This document shows positions 8,853 through 18,341 of a DNA stretch of 32,000 bases, in pieces. The notes beneath the pieces were generated by a model that did not search any database, had not been told where the DNA came from, and saw only the letters and a program-made list of their open reading frames with translations. The translations under genes and the position numbers were made by a program. Numbering within the stretch: position 1 is the first letter of the stretch; each line of letters opens with the position of its first letter. This stretch comes from an archaeon (lineage in GTDB: Archaea; Asgardarchaeota; Thorarchaeia; Thorarchaeales; Thorarchaeaceae), in NCBI GenBank assembly GCA_024275415.1, contig JAJRZD010000120.1, positions 1 through 32,000 of the forward strand. Reading direction: 5' to 3'.

Positions 8853-10573
8853 GAAGAATGGTAAAGCCAAGCGTCATGACAGTGTATGAGGAGTGTATCT
8901 GGACAAGCTCGAACCCAGAACTAGGAATACAGCTATATGGAAATCCTCCAAAGTCATTTGGTGCAAACAGGGCGAGAATGATAGCCCTACTTGGTGAATA
9001 TGACAAAACGGGGTGGCACACAGAAGATAGATTGACCAAGCTTGAGAACACTTTGCGACGCATCAATAGAGAATTAGGATCCCTAACTCCAAAAGTTGAG
9101 ATGAACATCAAGAACCTTCACAATGGTGCCATTGAGGCAGGTCATCAGTCTGTGGTTTTGGGAGGACCAGCTTTCATCCTTAACAAGGCCGCAACGGTCG
9201 AACGTGTCGCAGTATTGAATTCTACCGATGAGCACACGTTTGCTTCTTACTTCTTTGTTGCTGACTACGATGTAGTGCAGAACGAATTAACGCACATACG
9301 GACTCCTCTGATGGGTTCTGGTGGAACAGTAGTAACCATCCCCGTCCCGGAGGGGTTCGAGCATTCACCTGTAAGCATGATCCCCTTGCCAGGCTATTCA
9401 TGGTATGAAGAAGCTGAAGAGAGCATAAAAGCAGGCTATAGACCCTTGTTCAAGGTTCTAGAGGGATCCTCGCGATCATTGTTCGAGGAGCGGTTAGAGG
9501 AATGCTTCTCAGTGGTTCGACACGCGTTCATCAACTCGACTTCGTTAGGCGACTGGGCAGCAAGGATTCTTGCAAGTCTCTTCAATATCCATGGAAATCT
9601 AGGATTGCCGTTGCTATCTGCATCAGACGGCGAGATCAGAGAACTATTAGCATTCGGAATGGAGCTTCTTCTGCAAAAAGAGAACAGATTGAAATTCATA
9701 CGTGCTCACGAGTATGCCTCATCATTGATTGAGAGCAGAGGGTATGAAACAGGTATCGGAAGGCGAAGAAACGACTATGTCCCGTTCTATTACGAGTGCA
9801 GCAATGGTTCGTGCAACCGTAGTCGCACGGAACTATCATATATCGATAGAGGAACTCGTGCACTCCTTCAGGGCAAGTGTCCGAGCTGTGGAGAGAAGGT
9901 CGAGATAGAAATCGACGCAGTCTCGCCCGACTTGAGCGAAGTGGCACGTTTCCTTTCACCTCGTGTGGACACTCGACAATTGATTATTGATACCTCGTTT
10001 CCTATCGTGACCCATGTAGGGGGACCGGGAGAAACTGCATATTACGCTCAGGTCATTCCAATTGCCAGAGAGATTGGACATCCGTTCCCGCTCTATGTCA
10101 AGTATCCTCGAGTGTACTATAATACACCATGGAGCGAAAGATTGGGCAAGGAACTTCAAGGGCTTGGCTATCCTATCCTGCACAGGCCAGAGATGTTCAG
10201 GCCCCTTGGAAAAATCGCACGGTTTCGAAAGAAAGGTAGAATCGAGGAGATGAACGAGCATCTTCATGCGTTAGCACAGATCATTGATGAAACATATTTC
10301 AAACTCAATGATGTCTTAAACCGGCTGAGCGATGACATTAATCAAAAGAACCATGCCTCTAGCGAGGAACTGCAGAGGAAGATGGACTTGGAGAGGTATC
10401 TCAGCTGGGCATTTGGACAGTACACAGAAGGAAAGATTTCCCAAGAGTCCTCATGGGCATGGATCGATTGGGCAATCAATGCGGGATTCGCTGACTTGTT
10501 CGGGCCTTATGAACGGGCCTACGTGGAAGGCATGAGGCATGGTGCAAAGTACTTTGTGAACTTCATGGTTTGA
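8849..10573 (+). CDS. bshC: Bacillithiol biosynthesis cysteine-adding enzyme
   Basis: AGHQ...GGP.F...KA (GQQ..GP.Y..K-like), FFVADYD...E, VGGPGETAYYAQ, YVKYPR, C-terminal coiled coil. GTGA overlap with the bshA stop. Confidence 0.85.
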   Translation: MRRMVKPSVMTVYEECIWTSSNPELGIQLYGNPPKSFGANRARMIALLGEYDKTGWHTEDRLTKLENTLRRINRELGSLTPKVEMNIKNLHNGAIEAGHQSVVLGGPAFILNKAATVERVAVLNSTDEHTFASYFFVADYDVVQNELTHIRTPLMGSGGTVVTIPVPEGFEHSPVSMIPLPGYSWYEEAEESIKAGYRPLFKVLEGSSRSLFEERLEECFSVVRHAFINSTSLGDWAARILASLFNIHGNLGLPLLSASDGEIRELLAFGMELLLQKENRLKFIRAHEYASSLIESRGYETGIGRRRNDYVPFYYECSNGSCNRSRTELSYIDRGTRALLQGKCPSCGEKVEIEIDAVSPDLSEVARFLSPRVDTRQLIIDTSFPIVTHVGGPGETAYYAQVIPIAREIGHPFPLYVKYPRVYYNTPWSERLGKELQGLGYPILHRPEMFRPLGKIARFRKKGRIEEMNEHLHALAQIIDETYFKLNDVLNRLSDDINQKNHASSEELQRKMDLERYLSWAFGQYTEGKISQESSWAWIDWAINAGFADLFGPYERAYVEGMRHGAKYFVNFMV

Positions 10574-10614
10574 AGGAATGATTCCATTGTTCGTGGATGA
10601 AAGCGATGAGCGGA

Positions 10615-11883
10615 TTAGATATGCTCTGACAGGAGGTTCCCAAGCCGTTCTATCCCAATGGAAATGTCTTCTGGTACAGCATATGAGAATCCAAGTCGCA
10701 TGGTGTTCGGTCGTGGGACACTGGGTTCAACATCACTGCCGTCCTCGGTCATGGAGAATCCAGTTATTGGATAGAATGGGCCGCCAGGCACGTATAGTAA
10801 CTCGTTAGGAATTGCGATTTCCTTCATGAACTTGCTGCTGTCAAAGTCCTTGTTATCGCTCTCCCACCAGATAAAGAACCCACCAGTGGGATCAGTCCGG
10901 TCGCCTGCTGGGAACGAAGCGTCCATCGCCTTGGCCATTGCTTCATATCGTGCCTTGTAGAGGGGGATTGCCTTTCTCATCGCCTCGTCAATGTATTTGG
11001 AGTAGTACTCGTCAAGGATCCTCTGAACGAACGTCGAAGTGCAAAGATCAAGGTAGCCCTTGTCCTTTAGGACCTGCTCACGAACGTTAGGCGGGAGAAC
11101 CGAATACCCGACACGGAGTACCGCGGCTTCTTTACTGGTAGTGCCAAGATAGGCTACCCGATTATTGTCCTTGTCCAGTGCTTTGATGGGTTTGGGAGTT
11201 TCTTTGAACTGGATCTCTGCATAGGCGGAGTCCTCAATCAATAGAATGTTGTGATTCTCACAGATATCGAACAGTGCTTGACGCCTCTTTTGTGGGATTG
11301 TGGTGCCTTTCGGGTTGTCAGAGTCTGGCACGACGTAGACAATATCGGGTATCTTGCCAAACTTGGACTTGGAGAGATAGATTGCCTTCTCAACGAATTC
11401 AGGGATTATCCCATCATGGTCAGTCGGCACAGTCAGGATACGTCCGCCCAACTTCACTGCTGGAACAAGGAACCCAAGGTATGCAGGAGAGGGAGTTATG
11501 ATGATGTCCCCAGGGTCGATAAGTGTGTCAAGAAGGGCATAAATCGCCTGCTGGGAGCCATTCGTGATCGATACATTGTTCCACCCCTCATCACAGTCGA
11601 TTGGAATAGACCTCACATCACACAACCGTTTTGCTAGAGTCTTCAAGAACCAAGGTTGTCCACCGGTTGGCCCATAGTTGAAATCATCAAGAGCAAGCTT
11701 GGAGTCCTCAAGATACCTTACACTGAGATCCTGCATGATCTTGGCAAAAATATCTGTAGGCATGATGCCGGGTTTGCCACCGGCGAAGTAGTACTTCACC
11801 TTGTATCTCAACAACGCCCTAATCTGGGACTCTGCAATGAAAGAGGTCCAACTAGAAAAACTATATCCATTACTGTTTGCCAT
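10615..11883 (-). CDS. PLP-dependent aminotransferase class I/II (2-aminoadipate/aromatic aminotransferase-like)
   Basis: ITNGSQQAI, P.P.YLG, YVVPDSDNPKG, IEDSAYAE, PLP-lysine motif TTSK...LRVGY, GGFFIW, MRLGFS. Confidence 0.92.
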   Translation of the reverse strand: MANSNGYSFSSWTSFIAESQIRALLRYKVKYYFAGGKPGIMPTDIFAKIMQDLSVRYLEDSKLALDDFNYGPTGGQPWFLKTLAKRLCDVRSIPIDCDEGWNNVSITNGSQQAIYALLDTLIDPGDIIITPSPAYLGFLVPAVKLGGRILTVPTDHDGIIPEFVEKAIYLSKSKFGKIPDIVYVVPDSDNPKGTTIPQKRRQALFDICENHNILLIEDSAYAEIQFKETPKPIKALDKDNNRVAYLGTTSKEAAVLRVGYSVLPPNVREQVLKDKGYLDLCTSTFVQRILDEYYSKYIDEAMRKAIPLYKARYEAMAKAMDASFPAGDRTDPTGGFFIWWESDNKDFDSSKFMKEIAIPNELLYVPGGPFYPITGFSMTEDGSDVEPSVPRPNTMRLGFSYAVPEDISIGIERLGNLLSEHI

Positions 11884-12043
11884 AAGGATTTACTCCGTCG
11901 CCAATGAGGCATCCGCTATTGGATCTCTGCCTGATGCATGTACAGAGATGTACATGACCTGTGTCATTTCACGAACACCTTGCCTATATCCTTTTCCAAG
12001 AGAACATCGTTTTTCGGGTCGATTTGTGAGGTGTGATGCTCAC

Positions 12044-12835
12044 TTATGTACGCACGCCCATCGCCACATTGAGTGCCTTGGCGGCACTTGCAGGGTTATC
12101 TGCATTGACAATAGAACGAGCAACAATGACATAAGTCGCGCCAGCGTCCAATGCCTCTTTGGCACTCCCACCTTGAGCCCCAATCCCCGGACAGAGAATA
12201 GGAACTTCATCACCAAGTACTTTCTTAATCTCCATGATTTTCTCGGGATAAGTAGCCCCAACGATGACCCCGTCTACATCACGTTTTCGGGCAAGCATTG
12301 CAAATCTCAGGTAGAGAGGTTCTGCATTCTTCCCCTTCGGGTGATCGGAAACATAGAGGCCATATCCCTCAGCAGAAGCAGGATGCGACATATAGCAAAG
12401 GGTGATGATACCCTTTTGTTTTTCCTGTGCCATCTTGAACACACCGTCTAGACCTCCTTCCCAGCCAACGAAAGGATTCACGATGATAGCATCGAATCCT
12501 GCATCATAATAGTAGCGTGCGATGTGCACATTGGTATTGCCAATGTCATTGATCTTACAATCCATTATGGCAGTGAGTCCAAGGTCATGGATGCGGTCAA
12601 GGATTCGCGGGATGCCATCAAAAAGCCCTAATGGAAGGACGAGATGACGGTTAATCTTGAAAGCAACGGCATGTTCTGCAGTGGATTCCACTATTCGAAT
12701 TGCTTCCTTCTCAACACGTTCCCTTTCAGCAGAGCGTTCTGCCTGCCCCTTTGTCATGTCAGCAACAAGATCAAGACCTATGATCAGTTTGCTCTTCCGG
12801 ACAAAACTGGCAGCAGCAAGCTTACGTTTGTACAT
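12044..12835 (-). CDS. pyrF: Orotidine-5'-phosphate decarboxylase
   Basis: LIIGLD, FKIN, catalytic DCKINDIGNT, MSHP, VGATYP, PGIGAQGG, IVARSI. Confidence 0.93.
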   Translation of the reverse strand: MYKRKLAAASFVRKSKLIIGLDLVADMTKGQAERSAERERVEKEAIRIVESTAEHAVAFKINRHLVLPLGLFDGIPRILDRIHDLGLTAIMDCKINDIGNTNVHIARYYYDAGFDAIIVNPFVGWEGGLDGVFKMAQEKQKGIITLCYMSHPASAEGYGLYVSDHPKGKNAEPLYLRFAMLARKRDVDGVIVGATYPEKIMEIKKVLGDEVPILCPGIGAQGGSAKEALDAGATYVIVARSIVNADNPASAAKALNVAMGVRT

Positions 12836-12919
12836 CTCTCAAACACCTACTCGCGTACTCCATATAGGGCGGTCATACTTTATATGAGATGCGATGACAG
12901 ACAGACATGGTGAGTATCT

Positions 12920-13966
12920 GTGTCCCCAGACTGGCTTTACACACGGTTAATAGTCGTCATGGTCGCAATTATTGGCCCAATCTACTTCTTCCTTTTGATG
13001 TTACTCCTGCCATTCCAGATGGCACCATTTGGCGATCCGTTATACGACACCCTGTTTCACTTTGTTGCGGCGCCAGCGATATTCTCTCTGACATGGATTG
13101 GCCATATATACTACTCAAGATACAGGTTGGCTAACACTGTACACCACATGGATGAAACGATAGATGCGGTCCCACTGCGATGGAGGATATTCTATGGGAC
13201 AAATGCAGCCTTTGTCATCGGGTTCTTCGTCTTACCCATGATCATCGCACCTCTTGCAGTCCTCTCAGGACTTTACATAGCATTCCGTATCTTTCATACA
13301 ATCGGCATCGGAAAAATGGGAGGTGGCAAAGCTGCTTCTGCTCTCGGGATTATCGTTGCTATTGCATTGAGCATCCTGCCTGCACTGGTGGCCATCCAAT
13401 TCATCCCGCTGTACCTTCAGGTCTGGGAAGGGATACTTGCAGCATGGAGTGGTTTCTGGTTCAAGGTCGTTTATGGATTCGCACAATGCATTGTGAATGC
13501 TCTCAGCTTTGGAGCTCCGGTCTACTTCATCTATTTCGGCGCGCAGGAGTATGACAGGGGAGTATACGGCACGGTCTACACGCAGACACCAACAAGATGG
13601 ATCCGGTTCGGCGAGTTGATAGTATTCACCTTCTTTCTTGTCCTGTACCTCCCACCTATTCCCACACCGTTTGGCTTTGACATACCATTCGCTGATATGT
13701 CATGGCTCTTCTTTAATTACATCAACTGGATATCCCTTTCAATTGTGGCCATCATGATACTGATCAAGAAGAGGCTGGGTGTCGCGAATGACACCACTAT
13801 CGGAGGGCCTGTCAACATCATCATCGTGGCGCTATTCCTCATCGTGGAGATATTCTTCAAGCTGAACGTACTTATCGTCACGTTGACTATCTGGATGGCA
13901 TTCGTACTATTTGCAGTAATATTCACGGTGAACTTCCTACGGGCATCACCAAGGGAGATGTACTAG
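12920..13966 (+). CDS. Polytopic membrane protein of unknown function (about 8-9 TM)
   Basis: Multiple long hydrophobic segments; GGTGAG RBS upstream of the GTG start; 2 bp before the NUDIX gene. Confidence 0.8.
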   Translation: MSPDWLYTRLIVVMVAIIGPIYFFLLMLLLPFQMAPFGDPLYDTLFHFVAAPAIFSLTWIGHIYYSRYRLANTVHHMDETIDAVPLRWRIFYGTNAAFVIGFFVLPMIIAPLAVLSGLYIAFRIFHTIGIGKMGGGKAASALGIIVAIALSILPALVAIQFIPLYLQVWEGILAAWSGFWFKVVYGFAQCIVNALSFGAPVYFIYFGAQEYDRGVYGTVYTQTPTRWIRFGELIVFTFFLVLYLPPIPTPFGFDIPFADMSWLFFNYINWISLSIVAIMILIKKRLGVANDTTIGGPVNIIIVALFLIVEIFFKLNVLIVTLTIWMAFVLFAVIFTVNFLRASPREMY

Positions 13967-13968
13967 TC

Positions 13969-14409
13969 ATGTACAAGAATCCGAAACCAACCGTTGACAT
14001 CGTTATCCTCGATGGAACGCGAATCGTACTGGTAAAACGGGGGCGGGAACCATTCAAAGGAAAGTGGGTGTTTCCGGGCGGCTTCATCGACCATGGTGAA
14101 ACAGCAGAACATGCAGCTGTGCGTGAGGCAAAAGAGGAAACAGGGATGGATGTTGAGATTATAGGACTGCTTGGAGTGTATTCTTCGCCGGATAGGGATC
14201 CAAGAGACCATCACCTCAGCATCGTGTTCATTGCCAAGCCTATTCAGGGCTCACCGCTCGGAGGGGACGACGCCGATGAGGCAAAATGGCATGACCTACA
14301 CGAGCTCAGACCTGGGGATTTGGCGTTCGACCACGACTTGATGGCCAGTGACCTCGGAAAGTGGATAGAAGACCACTCCCTGACTTTCTGGTCTACTAGG
14401 CAACGATAA
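13969..14409 (+). CDS. NUDIX hydrolase (ADP-ribose pyrophosphatase-like)
   Basis: Nudix box GGFIDHGETAEHAAVREAKEETG; YSSPDRDPR; GDDA. Confidence 0.93.
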   Translation: MYKNPKPTVDIVILDGTRIVLVKRGREPFKGKWVFPGGFIDHGETAEHAAVREAKEETGMDVEIIGLLGVYSSPDRDPRDHHLSIVFIAKPIQGSPLGGDDADEAKWHDLHELRPGDLAFDHDLMASDLGKWIEDHSLTFWSTRQR

Positions 14410-14417
14410 ACAAAAGG

Positions 14418-14777
14418 TTATTCGAGCGCCAAGATTTCCAGTTTCTCAGCAAGCTTGATGACAGGCAGATGGACTACCATAGGCTCAGAGTCGATGGTGT
14501 TTGTGAACTCCAATGACTCCTTGGGGCGCGCCTTGTATGCAAGGAATGTTCCTGCTGGGGGAGAATCACTTTCGGTATAAATCCACATTGGTAGGCCGTA
14601 CATCTCATAGTAGCCGTGATTTGAGATTAACGTGCCGTAGATATGCTTACCTTGGTGTTCGAAATACAGCATACTTGCAGGCCTGTCCCTTTGGGACCAG
14701 GAAACTAGCATCCTTGCCAAATCGGTCATTGAAGATATCTTCAGGTTCACTGGGGGACGGATGTCGGATTTGCTCAT
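14418..14777 (-). CDS. Conserved-looking small archaeal hypothetical protein (reminiscent of crenarchaeal 'cren protein' family)
   Basis: 119 aa, compact alpha/beta pattern (KISSMTDLARML, YFEH.GKHIYG, LPVIKL); own TATA box upstream. Family resemblance is tentative. Confidence 0.7.
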   Translation of the reverse strand: MSKSDIRPPVNLKISSMTDLARMLVSWSQRDRPASMLYFEHQGKHIYGTLISNHGYYEMYGLPMWIYTESDSPPAGTFLAYKARPKESLEFTNTIDSEPMVVHLPVIKLAEKLEILALE

Positions 14778-14806
14778 TGTGGGTCATGTTCGTTGCGTAT
14801 TTTGCA

Positions 14807-14816
14807 CCTTATAAGG
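14807..14816 (-). promoter_or_regulatory. TATA box (perfect palindrome CCTTATAAGG) for the 14777 gene
   Basis: Located 30-39 bp upstream of the ATG at 14777. Confidence 0.6.
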
Positions 14817-15045
14817 ACATTCATACATCAGGCTCTCTGTGAGGTTTCCGCACTTTCTGCTCGTCGGGAGATGCATAATCCTCTTCATCTAGGAAGATAT
14901 CAGGGAGGGAGAAGAAATTGGGGAGCGCCAACGATGTTTCTGAAGAATCTTGCAGAAGGGGCTAAAAGGAGAGTAGTACCGTTCATTGTGTTTTTTGCAA
15001 ATCGACTTTTTCATACTTTTCCCGATATCAACGAGTTATCCGGGT

Positions 15046-17304
15046 CTAGCGTCCCTGTGCCAAGCGAATCTTGTCCATCATCGAAATGACCTGCTTCTTG
15101 TTATCACCCACGATGACAACAGGAATACTGACAGCGTCAAGTGAAATACCGACGGAAACAGACGCTCTCATTCCGTCCTTTCTAAGAAGAATGTATGAGA
15201 AATCATTCTCGGTCTGGACTCGGATGACCTTCATGCCAGCAGCCATGAGAACACCAAGGACTTTTTTCAGAAGCCGGATCGGATCCACACCCACACTATG
15301 GACAGATTCAACTTCACGGTGCTTCACTTCCGAATCGAACAGGAAACTATGTGATGTAGGATTATATAGCACACTCCTTTGCATCGCCTTGCCTAGAAGG
15401 GATCTTGCTATTGTGGGGAATGACTTGATCTGGATCGAAGATAGGTCAATCTGAGCATCAACGTCATCGCCTACGGGGGACTCGGGAATGTCTGTGATAG
15501 GTTCTGGTTCTTCCTTCTCGGTACGAGGTGCTGGAGTCTCAGTGATATGGAATTCCTGCATCCGCTCCATGAACACCTTCTCAACATACTGTTGCATCCA
15601 GTCATCTAGGATCTTCCAGTCCTCTTCACTCAGTTGGATGGGGGGGCGAGGGACATCAGGTAGCACGTCTTCTATCACTTCTTCCTCTGTCACTTCTTCC
15701 ATGATGTTCTCTTCATATCGTTTCTCTGGAGGCAAAAGTCGTGCAGCTTCGAATAAGCCAGAGAGCCGGTCTGCGCCACCATGTTGCGATACACGAGGGC
15801 GTACCTGCATCAGGAAACCCCGTTTGTTCTCTGTGACCTGATCGAAGACCAACGCCACGCCTTGGGGCAGGCTACTGATGAAGACCTTCTCTTTGAATTG
15901 GTCGAGCATTACGGCGGGCGCTCGTTGATGCAATGCCCTGATATCGCCATCATGTGACAATGAATGGGAGATTATGAGGTCAGCCTGCGAGATGGCATCA
16001 TCAGAAACCGCGGAGGGCTGCTGCGTACAGAGGACAAGGCTGCATCCAAAGCGTCGGCCAAGCTTGGCATATGCAACTATAGCGTCCTTTGCAGGCGTAC
16101 TGCCGGAACGGGGAACCAACGTGTGAGCCTCGTCAATAATGAGCCACGTTGGCGGGAGCTCCTCACGTGCACTTGTCCCGTCATCCGTCCACGCCATCCG
16201 ATATGTCAACACCTGCCTGCACAGCATGTTAGTCAGGATGGCAAGAACGGCCTCTGCATCAGAGCCAAGCGGTGCGACATCAATGATTGTGATCTGTCCT
16301 CCAACCGCTAGGTCTTGGGCACTGGTGCCTCCTTCATAGAATACGCCCAAGCGGTCTGCACTCTTCAAACGTTGTATGAGGGCAGTCCGTGTGGACGCCT
16401 GATAAAGCTCGATTATACGGGGGTGCTTCTCGATGCAGCGGATCATATCCCTGATACTGAAGTCGCGTTTCAGTGAAACTTTTTCGCCATCCTCAAGAAC
16501 ATATCCCTTCCTGACGAACTCGAGGACATCGCTGATCAGATTGTCCATCGTTGTACTGAGTTGTCCGCCTTTCTCGAGGACATAGCCCCAGTCACTTGAG
16601 GTGAGTTCTTTGGGGCTGATTGCCAGTGGATACAGGTTCTCTCGTTTCTTGACATCATCTGGAAGACCCATATAGGTGCTACGAGGAATATATACCGCAG
16701 CCTGTAACCCACAGGCATCGAGACCCCACTTCTCGAGGAGATCCTTCTGCCCCTCGTTCGGATCAGTCATTTGGCGGAACACATCCACAGTGTCGATTAC
16801 AACAGCGGCAACCTCAATCTCCTGTCGTTCCATCGCAAGCGCCAGTTCCTCTGCGATGACACCAAGCGTGTAGCTCTTGCCAGATCCCCTTTTGCCTGCA
16901 ACAAAAAGAACGTGTGGGCTCATCAAGTCGAGATAGACGGGTGTTCCAAAGAGTGATGCTAACACATCATCAGAGGTCTCAGTGACCGCGCCAATCAACC
17001 CCAGACCGAAACGTGGAAACTTCGAATTGAATGATTTTGTGCGACCCAAGATGACTCCCATGTCATTATCAATAAGAAGGGCCAACTCATCCGTGACTCG
17101 GGGATGATACTCAAGTACGTGTTTGGAAAGCAGATTGATCGGCCCCAAGATAGGCTCCTCGCTTGCCTCAGATGGAGTGTCGGTTTCGTCATTTGCTCCG
17201 GGTGGTAGTTCGCGTTCGTCCAAGGAGTACCCCCTTGTTCGAGAGATGACGAAATCCAATAAAGCTTTGGTGGTGGGCACTAATCGAATAATAGCACTCA
17301 GCAA
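15046..17304 (-). CDS. HerA/FtsK-superfamily ATPase (DUF87-type) with acidic/Pro linker and extra C-terminal domain; true start possibly TTG at 17223
   Basis: PVYLD...PHV, Walker A GKRGSGKS, Walker B LIIDEAH, arginine-finger LGRRFG, TQQPS. Confidence 0.88.
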   Translation of the reverse strand: MLSAIIRLVPTTKALLDFVISRTRGYSLDERELPPGANDETDTPSEASEEPILGPINLLSKHVLEYHPRVTDELALLIDNDMGVILGRTKSFNSKFPRFGLGLIGAVTETSDDVLASLFGTPVYLDLMSPHVLFVAGKRGSGKSYTLGVIAEELALAMERQEIEVAAVVIDTVDVFRQMTDPNEGQKDLLEKWGLDACGLQAAVYIPRSTYMGLPDDVKKRENLYPLAISPKELTSSDWGYVLEKGGQLSTTMDNLISDVLEFVRKGYVLEDGEKVSLKRDFSIRDMIRCIEKHPRIIELYQASTRTALIQRLKSADRLGVFYEGGTSAQDLAVGGQITIIDVAPLGSDAEAVLAILTNMLCRQVLTYRMAWTDDGTSAREELPPTWLIIDEAHTLVPRSGSTPAKDAIVAYAKLGRRFGCSLVLCTQQPSAVSDDAISQADLIISHSLSHDGDIRALHQRAPAVMLDQFKEKVFISSLPQGVALVFDQVTENKRGFLMQVRPRVSQHGGADRLSGLFEAARLLPPEKRYEENIMEEVTEEEVIEDVLPDVPRPPIQLSEEDWKILDDWMQQYVEKVFMERMQEFHITETPAPRTEKEEPEPITDIPESPVGDDVDAQIDLSSIQIKSFPTIARSLLGKAMQRSVLYNPTSHSFLFDSEVKHREVESVHSVGVDPIRLLKKVLGVLMAAGMKVIRVQTENDFSYILLRKDGMRASVSVGISLDAVSIPVVIVGDNKKQVISMMDKIRLAQGR

Positions 17305-17336
17305 GACTCAAAACAGAAGGAATTGAGACCTGAGAT

Positions 17337-18119
17337 ATGTCAAACACCATCGAGGATGGCTCATACGTTTACATTTTCCTTGATGCGAAGAGGAACTGGA
17401 TAAGAAAAGTCCAAGCTGGGAATAAGTTCCATTCAAACAAGGGTATCATCGATTTTGACGACCTGATCGGACGACCCTTCGGAATACGTGTCCAGAGCCA
17501 TTCGGGAACCATGTTCCAAATACACAAGCCTAGTCAGAATGATATCCAAATCTCAATGGGAAGAAACACACAGATAATCTACCCAAAGGACGCAGCCACA
17601 ATAATCAATGAAACGGGGATATGCTCGGGGTCTCGTGTGGTTGAATCAGGAACTGGTTCGGGATCTCTCACATGGGTGCTCTCAAGAGCCGTTGGTACAA
17701 CAGGACATGTCTACACCTATGAAGTGAGAGAAGACATGTACAATGGGGCAAAGAAGAACCTTGAGCGCTATGCAGACATGGAACGGATAACGATGCACAA
17801 TAAGGACATCCTCGAAGGCATCAACGAGATTGAGGTGGATGCAGTGGTTCTCGATCTGGCGACTCCGTGGCTGTTGGTTGATGAAGCGCACCGTGTCCTG
17901 AAGGCAAGTCACTTCCTCGCAAGCTATAGCCCGACCATTGAACAGGTCATGAAGACCTGCAAAGCCATGCATGAGAGCGGGAAGTGGGGGATGGTCAGAA
18001 CGCTAGAAGTCCTCCAACGAGAAATCATGGTGCGGGAGGGAAAGACCCGTCCTACCACATGGATGGTGGGACACACAGGATACATGACGTTTGCACGTTC
18101 AATGTCAACCGACAAGTAA
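17337..18119 (+). CDS. trmI: tRNA (adenine-N1)-methyltransferase, TrmI/GCD14 family
   Basis: TQIIYPKD, SAM motif VESGTGSGSLT, YEVRE, DAVVLDLATPW, MVGHTGY. Confidence 0.95.
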   Translation: MSNTIEDGSYVYIFLDAKRNWIRKVQAGNKFHSNKGIIDFDDLIGRPFGIRVQSHSGTMFQIHKPSQNDIQISMGRNTQIIYPKDAATIINETGICSGSRVVESGTGSGSLTWVLSRAVGTTGHVYTYEVREDMYNGAKKNLERYADMERITMHNKDILEGINEIEVDAVVLDLATPWLLVDEAHRVLKASHFLASYSPTIEQVMKTCKAMHESGKWGMVRTLEVLQREIMVREGKTRPTTWMVGHTGYMTFARSMSTDK

Positions 18120-18341
18120 ACGCGGACAACATTTCAAACTGCTGAACTTCATAAAGGGGGACGGGGAGTGAGATTTCACACAGGTATCAGATGAGAATAT
18201 GACAATTGGCGCATCGTCCAATCATAATGAATTATGTATTCTCTGCAAACCAATACTGTGTTTTGAAAAGTGTAAGGTAACAAGACATTTGGAACAAGTG
18301 GGAGTCACAGGAAACCACCACATGTAAACGTGATTAAGATA

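Noticed and set aside
14889-15014. 41-aa minus-strand ORF MKKSICKKHNERYYSPFSPFCK... after the HerA-like gene
   Set aside because: CxxH is superficially B-box-like but the remaining ligands are missing; too short to support without homologs.
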